Part shown: in pieces, positions 8,894 to 18,719 of the stretch | Layout: every line of letters starts with the position of its first letter | How positions within the stretch are numbered: the stretch's first letter is position 1 | Assembly: GCA_964465685.1 (NCBI GenBank) | Contig: CAYXKK010000001.1 | Location: 229,997-293,996 of the forward strand | Direction: 5' to 3' | DNA length: 64,000 bases | Origin: an uncultured Melioribacter sp. | GTDB lineage: Bacteria > Bacteroidota > Ignavibacteria > Kapaibacteriales > Kapaibacteriaceae | The notes under the pieces: generated by a model | Told to the model about the DNA's origin: nothing | The model's input: the letters and a program-made list of their open reading frames with translations, nothing else | The model's database searches: none | Made by a program: the position numbers and the translations under genes

Positions 8894-11800
8894 GACTGCT
8901 CCGATGCTTCATGTTCTTCGTCACGTGACGTTGCAACACGTGTGAATTGCGATACAACAGCGAGTGCCTCATCGCGATGTCCGAGTACGACGTCGATGAT
9001 CAACCGCTTTCCTTGTTGGACAAACTTTGCATTCGGCATCGACGTGAGCGCCTGAAGAATACGCTTGAACACGTGTGTGTACCAACCGGCATTAGTCTCA
9101 GGTGGCAGTTCCATTACAAGTCGTTGATTTCGAACGTTGATACGAACGATCCCCGATGGTAGGGCCAGGATTCGCAACTTCACGGCAAACAACAATTCTT
9201 CTGCCTCCGGAGGAAGCGTGCCGAATCGATCACGCAATTCATCGTATACACGGTCGACTTCGATGATGTCGTGCGCGTTGTAGAGACGCTTGTAGACATC
9301 GAACCTCTCGGTGTCGGCAGGGATGTACTGCTTGGGAAGCAGCGCATCAGCATCGAGCTCTACGGCAATATCCTCGTTTGAGAAATCACGTTTGAGTTCT
9401 TTGCTTCCGGCAAAGAGATCAGCAAACTCATCGTGCTTGAGTTCCTCGACAGCCTCGTCGAGAATCTTCTGATAGAGTTCGAATCCCATGTCGAGAATGA
9501 AGCCGCTCTGCTCGCCCCCTAACAGATTGCCAGCACCGCGGATTTCCAAGTCGCGCATCGCGAGTTGAAACCCAGATCCAAGATCGGTGTACTCTTCCAG
9601 GGCTTGCAGACGACGCAAGGCCATGCGCGACAGCGTGTGCGGCGGGGGAATGAGGAGGTAGCAATAGGCCTGAATGTTTGATCGACCAACGCGGCCACGC
9701 AATTGGTAGAGCTCTGCCAATCCGAAGTTGTCGGCATTCTCTATAATCATGGTGTTGGCATTGGGAATATCCAGACCAGACTCGATGATCTTGGTAGCGA
9801 TGAGCACATCGAACTTGCGTTCGAGGAATCCTTCCATCACATCTTCCAACGCGTCGGATTCCATTTGTCCGTGCGCCATCGTTACTCGTAGAGTTGGGAC
9901 AAGCATCTTGATTTTCATCATGAGCTTATCCATATCCGTGATACGATCAGTTACTACGAACACCTGTCCACCTCGCTCAAGCTCGCGGAGCAGTGCTTCG
10001 CGCAGCACAGTATCATCCCACTGGGAAATCTCAGTCTGCACCGGCAGACGATTTCGTGGGGGTGTCTCGATCACAGAAAGATCACGTGCTCCCATCAACG
10101 AAAAATTCAACGTACGTGGGATCGGCGTTGCCGTCAGCGTAAGCGTATCGATCGTTGCGCGAAGCTGACGCAGCTTCTCTTTTGCTGCAACACCAAACCG
10201 ATGCTCTTCATCAATGATGAGCAATCCGAGGTTCTTGAACGACACGTCTTTGCTAAGCAAACGATGGGTACCAATCACAATGTCTGCGCCTCCATTATGG
10301 ACGCGATCTAGAATCTCCTTTTGCTCGGCTTTCGAACGGAATCGCGAGAGTACATCGATGCGAACAGGATAGCGATGGAGTCGATCACGGAACGTTACTC
10401 CATGTTGCTCGGCGAGAATGGTCGTCGGCACAAGTACCGCAACTTGACGTCCGGACTGTGCCGCTTTAAATGCCGCACGTACAGCAATCTCTGTCTTGCC
10501 AAACCCTACGTCACCACACACCAGTCGATCCATTGGTGTTGGTTGTTCCATGTCGAACTTCACTTCTGATGTTGCACGAGCCTGATCAACCGTATCCTCG
10601 TATTGGAACGACGCCTCAAACTCCTTCTGCCATACAGTGTCAGATGGGTAGGCAAAGCCAGGCTGTGACTTTCGCTGTGCATAGAGCTTGATCAGATCGC
10701 GAGCAATGTCCTTGATACGCTTCTTCGCGCGTGCCTTCTTCCGCTCCCATTCGGCAGATCCAAGTTTGCTCAGCTTTGGTGCTGAACCTTCTTCTGAGGC
10801 ATACTTCGAAAGCTTGTGGACGTAGTTGAGGTGTACGAAAAGATTATCGCCACCATCAAATCCAAGCTTGACACATTCAACGTGTGAACCGTTGATGACA
10901 ATTGTCTCAAGACCTTCAAATCGGCCGATGCCTTTATCAGCATGGACGACGAGATCACCTCGGTGAAGTTGCTGAATGTCGCGAATCGACAGGCCAGAGT
11001 CTTGTCGCGTTGTTCTGCGTTGACTCCGCTGACGACCGAACACTTGATGTTCCGTGAATACCGCGAGTGACAGATCGTCCCAGATAAATCCAGACGACGG
11101 CGACACCGACAACCACGAAATCGATGAGATCACGCGATGCAATGCGAGACCTTCATCTTCCGAGTCGAGCTCGACTTGATCAGCAAATGCCTCACATAAC
11201 TCGCGTAACCGCTTGGTATTCTGCTGCCCTTCACCGCCAACTAGCACAGTGTACTTCTTTCGATGAAGCTTTGAGGCCGTTTGCAGCAAATGTTCAAGTG
11301 ATCCATTGCTTGGTGGCTGCACCTGAGTCTGTACCTCGTGTGTCACCGTACCCAGCGGATTCAGTCGAATCGAGTACGCTGAGTGGGATGTAAACGGACG
11401 TGAAATCTCTCGAGCATGTGCCTCTGCCTCGATCGCCTCTGGCTCATCAAGAACCATCACTGATTCAGTTGGGATGTGATCGATGATCGATGAGGAAAGC
11501 GACGAATCGTCATCGTGAAACACATGTGCAAGGAACGACACCGACGCATGCTCACGAATCGAACGCTGGGAAAGGGGCTCAAACTCACGAATCGATTCGA
11601 TCGTATCACCAAAGAATTCAACACGCAGTGGATTGTCCCATCCACTCGGAAAAATGTCGACAATGCCACCACGAACAGCAAGCTCTCCCGGCTTACTGAC
11701 GAAGTCGGTACGATCAAATCCTGCAAGAGCAAGATCAGTAATGAGCGTCTCATAATTCCGCGTCGACGAACGTTCGAGCGTCCACTGTGCCTGCTCTAAC

Positions 11801-12219
11801 ACACCAACAGATGGCATAGCGAGCGATAAGGAGGGGACTGATACAACAACAACGTAGGGCTCGTTTGCCTCGGCGCGCAGGCGACTCAGCGCGTCTACCT
11901 GCTCGTGATGTACGATCCCACCGCTGGCCAGCGCACTATGTTTGGTCGCACCACGAATTCCTACGACACGATTCGAAGTGAGTAGAATACCGATGTCGTG
12001 CACGTACGCATCAACATCATCATCGGTGGGCACAACAACGACAAACGGTAGGTCACCAAGTGAACACAGAGCTGCAACATATGCCGACTTCGCCGCACCG
12101 CGGAGCGTCTTGATCGATATCTCACGATCGCGCATCAGCGTCTGCGCACTTTGAAGTACAATCGATGACGATTGCATCAGTGCAGCTATCGGCGAGGCAT
12201 CATTGCGAATAGGGGGCAT
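8887..12219 (-). CDS. mfd: Transcription-repair coupling factor Mfd
   Basis: 1110 aa. It has a UvrB-homology N-terminal region, a CarD/TRCF domain and an SF2 helicase region with GFGKTEIA (Walker A) and DEEHRFGV (DEEH box). Confidence 0.92.
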   Translation of the reverse strand: MPPIRNDASPIAALMQSSSIVLQSAQTLMRDREISIKTLRGAAKSAYVAALCSLGDLPFVVVVPTDDDVDAYVHDIGILLTSNRVVGIRGATKHSALASGGIVHHEQVDALSRLRAEANEPYVVVVSVPSLSLAMPSVGVLEQAQWTLERSSTRNYETLITDLALAGFDRTDFVSKPGELAVRGGIVDIFPSGWDNPLRVEFFGDTIESIREFEPLSQRSIREHASVSFLAHVFHDDDSSLSSSIIDHIPTESVMVLDEPEAIEAEAHAREISRPFTSHSAYSIRLNPLGTVTHEVQTQVQPPSNGSLEHLLQTASKLHRKKYTVLVGGEGQQNTKRLRELCEAFADQVELDSEDEGLALHRVISSISWLSVSPSSGFIWDDLSLAVFTEHQVFGRQRSQRRTTRQDSGLSIRDIQQLHRGDLVVHADKGIGRFEGLETIVINGSHVECVKLGFDGGDNLFVHLNYVHKLSKYASEEGSAPKLSKLGSAEWERKKARAKKRIKDIARDLIKLYAQRKSQPGFAYPSDTVWQKEFEASFQYEDTVDQARATSEVKFDMEQPTPMDRLVCGDVGFGKTEIAVRAAFKAAQSGRQVAVLVPTTILAEQHGVTFRDRLHRYPVRIDVLSRFRSKAEQKEILDRVHNGGADIVIGTHRLLSKDVSFKNLGLLIIDEEHRFGVAAKEKLRQLRATIDTLTLTATPIPRTLNFSLMGARDLSVIETPPRNRLPVQTEISQWDDTVLREALLRELERGGQVFVVTDRITDMDKLMMKIKMLVPTLRVTMAHGQMESDALEDVMEGFLERKFDVLIATKIIESGLDIPNANTMIIENADNFGLAELYQLRGRVGRSNIQAYCYLLIPPPHTLSRMALRRLQALEEYTDLGSGFQLAMRDLEIRGAGNLLGGEQSGFILDMGFELYQKILDEAVEELKHDEFADLFAGSKELKRDFSNEDIAVELDADALLPKQYIPADTERFDVYKRLYNAHDIIEVDRVYDELRDRFGTLPPEAEELLFAVKLRILALPSGIVRINVRNQRLVMELPPETNAGWYTHVFKRILQALTSMPNAKFVQQGKRLIIDVVLGHRDEALAVVSQFTRVATSRDEEHEASEQSW

Positions 12220-12251
12220 GGGAGTCTATTGACGACGGAAAAGCACGGATG

Positions 12252-12428
12252 TTACTTCCTCTGATGGCGCATCGAATCGAGGTACTCACGCATCATCTTC
12301 TGACGTTCCATCTTGCGTTCGTAGCGCTCACACTGTCCGCCGTTCAACACAGCAATCAACAGTGAAGCGCCAAACAGCAGTCCGAGCAGGACAGAGATCC
12401 ACGGACGTTGAGGTTTACGTGATGACAT
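12252..12428 (-). CDS. Small single-pass membrane protein (hypothetical), translationally coupled to prmA
   Basis: The ATG at 12428-12426 overlaps the prmA TAA stop by 1 bp. One hydrophobic helix (WISVLLGLLFGASLLIAVL) is followed by a charged tail. The ORF track begins at 12464. Confidence 0.45.
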   Translation of the reverse strand: MSSRKPQRPWISVLLGLLFGASLLIAVLNGGQCERYERKMERQKMMREYLDSMRHQRK

Positions 12429-13276
12429 TACTTCACCGGCGTCCGGAGAGCCAACGCACACCATTCGCTTTCTGCCAGCTCGTCGACTATTGAACAGCCG
12501 GCCGCGAGGAATGGTTCGGCAACTTCATCTTTGTCGTACTTGAGAATACCAGACACAAGGATGATTCCTCCGGGTTCAACAGCGTCTATAAACGACTGTG
12601 CGTAGGGTATAACGAGATGTCGATACAGATTCGCCGCGAGACCATTGCAACGGGGGAGCTGCACATCCTGAAGTTCTGCTTGCTCAAGACGAACGATACG
12701 TTCAACGGCATTGCGAGCAACATTTTCTTGGCTGTTGACAATCGACCACTCGTTGTTGTCGAACGCGTATACGTCCGTAGCACCAAGTTTGGCTGCCATG
12801 ATCGCGAGGACGCCAGTACCCGTACCAACATCAACCCATGTATCGCCAGGTTTCGCATACACCTCCATCAGACGGCACATCATGCGCGTCGTCGCGTGAT
12901 GACCAGTGCCGAATGACATTTTCGGTGTGATGACGAGTTTCATCGGATAGGAAAACTCAGAGGCTCTCCATTCAGGCACAATGATGATGCGCTCGTTCAC
13001 AACAACTGGGTCAATACTGGCCTCCCATTCGGCATTCCAGTTCTGATCTTCCTCCGTGCCAAGCTTGATCAACGTGGCATGCACACCAACCTGGTGTAGC
13101 TCTGCGAGAATCGCATCGGTGTAATCGTGTTGCCAGTCATTCTGCTCAAAGCAGACCGTGCACTCATCGAGACCCTGCTCAACACCCAAGAGGGGATACC
13201 CACCTAGGATACCCATGGCGAGGTCCATTTCCTCCTCGGGTATCGCCATCGTGAGCAGAATGTAACGCGTTGGCAT
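12428..13276 (-). CDS. prmA: Ribosomal protein L11 methyltransferase
   Basis: PrmA family. SAM-binding motif VDVGTGTGVLAIMAAKLGA. About 280 aa. Confidence 0.85.
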   Translation of the reverse strand: MPTRYILLTMAIPEEEMDLAMGILGGYPLLGVEQGLDECTVCFEQNDWQHDYTDAILAELHQVGVHATLIKLGTEEDQNWNAEWEASIDPVVVNERIIIVPEWRASEFSYPMKLVITPKMSFGTGHHATTRMMCRLMEVYAKPGDTWVDVGTGTGVLAIMAAKLGATDVYAFDNNEWSIVNSQENVARNAVERIVRLEQAELQDVQLPRCNGLAANLYRHLVIPYAQSFIDAVEPGGIILVSGILKYDKDEVAEPFLAAGCSIVDELAESEWCALALRTPVK

Positions 13277-13294
13277 GCTGTTCCTATCCGTAAT

Positions 13295-13864
13295 TTGACC
13301 ACGAAACTACGCATTCAGTCAACCACACAACTCATCGCGAGGTATCGAGTGACCGTTCAGGAGCGCGCGTCGCGCATCAGCTTTGTCATCATGGATGTCG
13401 ACGGTACTCTCACCGATGGAGCTATGTATTATGGTCCGCACGGTGAAGCACTTAAGCGATTCAGTACACGCGACGGAATGGGGTTGACCCTGCTTCGACG
13501 CGCAGGTATTGAAATGGCTATCATCACAAGCGAGGACACACCAATAGTTACGGCTCGTGCGGCAAAGCTCAAGATTCCTCATGTCTTCATGGGAAGTCAC
13601 GATAAGACTGCAACATTCCACGGCCTGTGTCGTCAGCTGTCTCTGTCGCCAGAATGCATTGCGTATATTGGCGACGATGTGAATGACCTTCACGTCATGG
13701 GATTATGTGGTCTCGCTGCATGCCCGTCTGATGCAGTTTCCGTGATCAAAGAGCGAGCGCACTATGTGGCGAACGCAACCGGCGGCAATGGCGCCGTCCG
13801 TGAGATTGCGGAGATGATTCTCAAGGCACAAGGCAAACCCTGTATCCTTCCTGAACAATGGTGA
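13295..13864 (+). CDS. kdsC: 3-deoxy-D-manno-octulosonate 8-phosphate phosphatase (HAD-IIIA, KdsC/YrbI)
   Basis: DVDGTLTDG HAD motif I. The sequence ...AIITSEDTPIVTARAAKLKIPHVFMG...YIGDDVNDL matches KdsC. The start codon is uncertain: there is no internal ATG before motif I, so an upstream start or alternative initiation is possible. Confidence 0.75.
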   Translation: MTTKLRIQSTTQLIARYRVTVQERASRISFVIMDVDGTLTDGAMYYGPHGEALKRFSTRDGMGLTLLRRAGIEMAIITSEDTPIVTARAAKLKIPHVFMGSHDKTATFHGLCRQLSLSPECIAYIGDDVNDLHVMGLCGLAACPSDAVSVIKERAHYVANATGGNGAVREIAEMILKAQGKPCILPEQW

Positions 13865-13887
13865 CATTATCGTGTTAGGAGACAGCC

Positions 13888-14277
13888 ATGGAAGACAACA
13901 ATTCCTCATACTCTAAAGGCTTCCTGATCGGTGCCGTCGTTGGCGGTGCTGTTGGAGCTGTTGTTGCATTGCTGTTCGCTCCGAAGAGCGGTCGAGAACT
14001 TCGCCGTGACATCGCGGATCGTACTGAAGATGTGGTTGATAAGGCACAACAGATGTTCAATAAGGCAACTGGTGGCGGTCACACTTCAAGCAGCTTCGAC
14101 GACGTCGTAAACGAAGGCCGCATCGCGGCTGAACGTATCGTGTCAACGGCACGTCATCAAGCCGACAATTTGATGTCCAACGCAGAACAAGTCCTTCGCG
14201 ACGCGAAAAATCGTGCAACGCGAGGCGGCGATGCGCAGCGCTCAGGCGACGACGCATTTCACACGGAGTTCCAGTAA
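13888..14277 (+). CDS. YtxH-domain protein
   Basis: GFLIGAVVGGAVGAVVALLFAPKSGRELRRDI is the canonical YtxH signature. Confidence 0.75.
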   Translation: MEDNNSSYSKGFLIGAVVGGAVGAVVALLFAPKSGRELRRDIADRTEDVVDKAQQMFNKATGGGHTSSSFDDVVNEGRIAAERIVSTARHQADNLMSNAEQVLRDAKNRATRGGDAQRSGDDAFHTEFQ

Positions 14278-14281
14278 GATC

Positions 14282-14689
14282 ATGGACGCGACCCTACTAA
14301 GTTTCCTCATCATCGCGCTGGGAGCGATCACTGCTCTTGCCATTGTTGCTGCAGTCGTACTCATTCGTGCAGGTTCAAACATTGAGCGCATGACAAATGT
14401 TGTGGAGTCGATGCAACGTGATGTCCATCAGGTAAAAGAACAAACGTTGCCTGTACTCGCAAAGACAAGTGAAGCGCTTGATCGTGCGAACTCCTCGTTG
14501 AAGAAGCTCGAAGCTCAGGTCGATACACTTACTGGTGGTGTGCGCAACATCGCAGGTATTGCCGACGATGTTCGAGAGCTCGAACAGAGTTTGCTTGCTC
14601 GCGTACGTCCTGCACTCGAGGACTTAGCGTCATTGGTATCAGGGGTAGCACGCGGTGTAACGTCATTCGCACGTAAAATCACGGGATGA
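14282..14689 (+). CDS. DUF948-like membrane-anchored coiled-coil protein
   Basis: ATG at 14282. N-terminal TM helix (LLSFLIIALGAITALAIVAAVVLI) followed by a coiled-coil. This is the usual partner of YtxH proteins. The ORF track starts at 14213, inside the upstream gene. Confidence 0.6.
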   Translation: MDATLLSFLIIALGAITALAIVAAVVLIRAGSNIERMTNVVESMQRDVHQVKEQTLPVLAKTSEALDRANSSLKKLEAQVDTLTGGVRNIAGIADDVRELEQSLLARVRPALEDLASLVSGVARGVTSFARKITG

Positions 14690-14690
14690 T

Positions 14691-15632
14691 TTAGCGCTTC
14701 TTTTTCTTCAGCGCCCCTTCAACGTCTACGCCATAGCGGGCGACAAGCTCACGTACGCCGTCGTATTCATCGTCGGTCGTTGGGACAAACCCCTCGATAC
14801 TCGCTATTGTCATGAGTGCGCGCTTGCCTTCGGCAGTAGATTGAAACTTCAGCAGCGCACCGATTAGTCGGGCTCGGATTTCCTCTGGAAGCCCCTTACG
14901 CGTGACTACTGGGTCGTTGGGGATCTCATCGGTTAGCGACAGCACCTTGACTTTTTGGTACACGTCGGGATACTCTGTGACGACCTTCGCACGCGCATCA
15001 AGCTGTTCGCCTGTAACGGTATCTGGGCGGGAGTAAAACACTGCGCCAGCATCCACATCACCCTGATACACCTTTGTTACCACCTGATTGTGTCCGTTGG
15101 CGAACATCTCCTCACGTGGGGAAACACCAATGCGACGCAACATTTCCTTTGGATAGATGTATCCTGATGTCGACGATGGATCAACGTATGCAATCGTTTT
15201 GCCCTGAAGCTGCCGCAGTGAATCAATGCCCGCATCAGCTCGAACGATAAACTCACCTCTGTAACTGAGCTCGCCGTACCGTCGCGCTACGCGTAAACTG
15301 GCCTGCGCACCATACTTGGCATGTGCCAACAGGTACGAGAAGGTGTTCATGATCGCCATATCTGCTCGTCCGGTACCAAATGCCTCAACGACCGTGATGT
15401 AGTAATTCGGGACCGAAACCTCGACGTGGAGACCGGTTTGCTCGTAGAGGTACTGAGCCAGCTTATCACCGTCCTGGATGATCGCGTGAGCATCGGTCGA
15501 CGGGGTAAGCATCAGACGGATAGGATTCGCCTCGCTGCCAGGGGTCATATCCTCTGTGAGAATCACCGGGCGGAGGGTAAGCCACGCCAGGATCATGACC
15601 GTGGCCAACAGATAATATCGAGCGATGTTCAT
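14691..15632 (-). CDS. phnD: Phosphonate/phosphite ABC transporter substrate-binding protein (PhnD family)
   Basis: DPSSTSGYIYP matches the PhnD signature. ATG at 15632-15630 gives a signal/TM N-terminus, MNIARYYLLATVMILAWLTL. Confidence 0.7.
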   Translation of the reverse strand: MNIARYYLLATVMILAWLTLRPVILTEDMTPGSEANPIRLMLTPSTDAHAIIQDGDKLAQYLYEQTGLHVEVSVPNYYITVVEAFGTGRADMAIMNTFSYLLAHAKYGAQASLRVARRYGELSYRGEFIVRADAGIDSLRQLQGKTIAYVDPSSTSGYIYPKEMLRRIGVSPREEMFANGHNQVVTKVYQGDVDAGAVFYSRPDTVTGEQLDARAKVVTEYPDVYQKVKVLSLTDEIPNDPVVTRKGLPEEIRARLIGALLKFQSTAEGKRALMTIASIEGFVPTTDDEYDGVRELVARYGVDVEGALKKKKR

Positions 15633-15726
15633 GTGGATGATTGCTTGTTCGCGATTACCGCGAAGGTTCCGTAATTTCGATGCTGCACAAAAGTACGACG
15701 CGAAATTCCACCCCACAGAGGATCAC

Positions 15727-16980
15727 ATGAACATTCATGAATACCAAGCCAAAGATCTCCTTCGCCACTACGGTGTTCCCGTACTCCGCGGCAAGGCTGT
15801 TACCTCAGCCGTTGAAGCCGGGTCAGTTGCGTACAATGATTTCGTAGCTCATGGCGTTGGTGCACTCGTTGTAAAGGCACAAATCCATGCAGGTGGACGT
15901 GGAAAGGGGACTGTGCACCATGCTGAGACAGGCGCTGCAATTGAAGTTAACGGCAAGGGGCTCCGCGGCGTCACGGTGATCACGCAGGGCAACTTGCAGG
16001 ACGAAGCGCAGAAGGTAGCCGAAGGCCTGCTCGGCAATACACTGGTTACGATTCAGACTGGTGAAGAAGGCAAGACGGTCCGTCGCGTGCTGATCGAAGA
16101 AGGCTGCAACATCGGCCACGAGTATTACTGCTCAATACTTCTTGATCGCGGCAATGGTCGCAACCTCATCATGGTTTCTACCGAAGGCGGCGTCGACATT
16201 GAGACAGTCGCTGAAGAAACACCTGAGAAGCTGATCAAGGTGCACGTCGACCCAACGTCTGGCTTCATGCCGTTCCAGGCTCGTGAGCTGGCATTTGGTC
16301 TGGGCTTGTCCGGAAACGCCTACAAGAGCTTCGTCAACTTCATTACGAAGCTGTACCATGCCTATGAAGTCATGGATTGCAGCATGCTCGAGGTGAACCC
16401 ACTCGTATCAACAAAGGATGGCGATTTCATCGCACTCGACGCTAAGGTAAATTTCGACGATAATGCCGAGTTCCGTCACCCACATTGGGCTGACCTTCGC
16501 GACATCACTGAAGAAGATCCGCTTGAGGTCGAAGCTGGCAAGTACAGCCTCAACTACATCAAGCTCGACGGCAACGTAGGCTGCATGGTCAATGGTGCTG
16601 GTCTCGCCATGGGCACGATGGACATCATCCAATTGGCTGGCGGCAAGCCGGCGAACTTCCTGGACGTGGGTGGTGGAGCTAACGTCGAGCGCATCGCCAA
16701 CGCCTTCCGCATCATGATGAGCGACCCACACGTTGAAGCCGTCCTGATCAACATCTTTGGTGGTATCGTGCGCTGCGACCGTGTCGCTAATGGCATTCTT
16801 CAGGCACTCCAGCAGGTCACGGTCAACGTGCCGGTGATCGTACGACTCGACGGAACAAACGCTGTTGAAGCGCGCGAAATCCTCCAGAAGTCAGGGCTTG
16901 ATTTCTTGGTTGCTGCCACCTTACAAGATGCTGCAGATCAAGTCACTAACGCACTGACACGCAACAAGGTTAACGGCTAA
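15727..16980 (+). CDS. sucC: Succinate--CoA ligase (ADP-forming) beta subunit
   Basis: MNIHEYQAKDLLRHYGVPV..., ATP-grasp region and ligase-CoA domain. ATG at 15727. No sucD follows. Confidence 0.9.
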   Translation: MNIHEYQAKDLLRHYGVPVLRGKAVTSAVEAGSVAYNDFVAHGVGALVVKAQIHAGGRGKGTVHHAETGAAIEVNGKGLRGVTVITQGNLQDEAQKVAEGLLGNTLVTIQTGEEGKTVRRVLIEEGCNIGHEYYCSILLDRGNGRNLIMVSTEGGVDIETVAEETPEKLIKVHVDPTSGFMPFQARELAFGLGLSGNAYKSFVNFITKLYHAYEVMDCSMLEVNPLVSTKDGDFIALDAKVNFDDNAEFRHPHWADLRDITEEDPLEVEAGKYSLNYIKLDGNVGCMVNGAGLAMGTMDIIQLAGGKPANFLDVGGGANVERIANAFRIMMSDPHVEAVLINIFGGIVRCDRVANGILQALQQVTVNVPVIVRLDGTNAVEAREILQKSGLDFLVAATLQDAADQVTNALTRNKVNG

Positions 16981-17078
16981 GAAGTGCACGCGATTCCACA
17001 CCGTCACCCCTCACAATCTGAAATATAATCTGCATTATGTAAACTAACGATATCGGCAGACTCGCCTGTTGCTGATAC

Positions 17079-17654
17079 GTGCAGAACCTCTTGGAGCTCC
17101 TCATGAACTATCGTCTCGACCGTACCATGCTGGCAACAATCGCGATTGTGGCTGCATTTCGCGTGATTCCGCACTGGCCAAACTTTACGCCAGTGATGGC
17201 CATCGCGTTGGTTGGTGGCGCACTTGCGAGTGGTCGTTTGCGCTCTTTGATCGTTCCACTGGCAGCCATGCTGCTGTCAGATCTCGCACTCGGTGTGATT
17301 ATGGGTTCCGAGTACGCTTTTCACTCAACGCAGCCTTGGGTGTACGGATCTGTTGCAGCTATCTCACTCATGGGCTTTGCAATGCGTACATGGAAGCCTG
17401 CAGCGCTCGTTCTGGGTGGTGGCACCCTGAGCGCAGTCGGCTTCTTTATCGTGACCAACTTCGCAGTTTGGTTGAACGGTGGTTTCTATCCACAAACTGT
17501 AGAAGGACTTACCGCCTGCTATGCAGCTGGCTTAGCCTTCTATCGTGATGGTGGGAACTTCCTGCTAAACGGCATCGTATCTACATGGCTGTTCTCGGCG
17601 GTAATGCTGGCCGCACCTGCAGCTGTACGTAAAGCCACTGGCGTAACTCGTTAA
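17079..17654 (+). CDS. Polytopic membrane protein (hypothetical; DUF6580-like)
   Basis: About 5 predicted TM helices. The motif RVIPHWPNFTPVMAIALVGGA recurs in a Bacteroidota-associated membrane family. The true start may be the internal Met at 17103 (MNYRL). Confidence 0.5.
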   Translation: MQNLLELLMNYRLDRTMLATIAIVAAFRVIPHWPNFTPVMAIALVGGALASGRLRSLIVPLAAMLLSDLALGVIMGSEYAFHSTQPWVYGSVAAISLMGFAMRTWKPAALVLGGGTLSAVGFFIVTNFAVWLNGGFYPQTVEGLTACYAAGLAFYRDGGNFLLNGIVSTWLFSAVMLAAPAAVRKATGVTR

Positions 17655-17687
17655 TCCCAAGTATGTTACTGCTCAGGTGTAGGCTCG

Positions 17688-18719
17688 TTATGGCAACGAG
17701 CCTACGCCTGACACCGTTGTGTACTTGATGACGTGCTTCTTCTCTGGGTGCTGTCGCTGATACTCGTAGTTCAACGCTACAGCGGCCTCATGAAATCCGC
17801 AGAGAATCAACTTCAGCTTATTCGGGTACTCGCTAATATCTCCAACGGCATAAATGCCCGGAGTACTCGTCTGGAATGTAAGCGGGTCAACAGTTACCGC
17901 GTTCTTCTCCAACGACAGTCCCCATTCGGCGATTGGGCCGAGCTTCGGTGAGAGTCCGAACAGCGGAACGAAATGATCGACGTCGATCTGACGTGTTGTG
18001 CCATCGTTGTGCGTGATAGTTACCGACGAGAGAGCGTCGTCACCATGCAGATCAGTAACCTGTGCGTCGGTGATTAGCGTAATGCGTCCTGAGTCTGCGA
18101 GTGCCTGTGCTTTAGAGACCGAATCAGGAGCGGCACGGAATTGTGCGCTACGGTGAATCATCGTCACCTCGGATGCGATGTCAGCCAGGACAATCGTCCA
18201 ATCGAGAGCTGAGTCTCCCCCGCCACCAAGAATAACTCGCTTACCACGGTAGAACTCGGGGTCCTTGATGATGTACTCAACGCCACGGTCTTCATAGTTG
18301 GGCAGCGACGCAATAGTAGGCTTACGTGGCTCAAAGCAGCCCAAGCCCCCTGCCAAGAACACCGTCTTACCAGTGATAACAGATCCGCGGGATGTTGTCA
18401 CGCGGAATGACCCATCGTCGAGGCGTTCCAGTGAGTCGGCGCGCTCGCCGAGAGTAAACGTAGGATGGAACGGCTCCCCCTGCTTGAGGAGGTTATCGAC
18501 GAGTTCGCCTGCAAGGACTGATGGAAAGCCCGGGATGTCATAGATCGGCTTCTTTGGATAGATCTCAGCACACTGTCCACCAGGGATTGGTAGATAGTCA
18601 ATGAGGTGACATTTCCACTTGAGAAGTCCAGCTTCAAACACAGTGAACAGACCGCAGGGTCCGGCTCCGATGACGATAACATCAGTTTCGTGAACTGCCG
18701 GTGCTTGATCGTGACTCAT
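17688..18719 (-). CDS. Ferredoxin--NADP+ reductase, thioredoxin-reductase-like type
   Basis: VIVIGAGPCGLF FAD-binding GxGxxG. Family motifs HLIDYLPIPGGQ and GGGDSALDW (second Rossmann) are present. About 340 aa, as expected for YumC-type FNR. Confidence 0.85.
   Translation of the reverse strand: MSHDQAPAVHETDVIVIGAGPCGLFTVFEAGLLKWKCHLIDYLPIPGGQCAEIYPKKPIYDIPGFPSVLAGELVDNLLKQGEPFHPTFTLGERADSLERLDDGSFRVTTSRGSVITGKTVFLAGGLGCFEPRKPTIASLPNYEDRGVEYIIKDPEFYRGKRVILGGGGDSALDWTIVLADIASEVTMIHRSAQFRAAPDSVSKAQALADSGRITLITDAQVTDLHGDDALSSVTITHNDGTTRQIDVDHFVPLFGLSPKLGPIAEWGLSLEKNAVTVDPLTFQTSTPGIYAVGDISEYPNKLKLILCGFHEAAVALNYEYQRQHPEKKHVIKYTTVSGVGSLP

Noticed and set aside
9428-11799. ORFs antisense to or within mfd (e.g. 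9728-10168, 11457-11753)
   Set aside because: They lie within an uninterrupted 1110-aa Mfd frame that has all conserved motifs.
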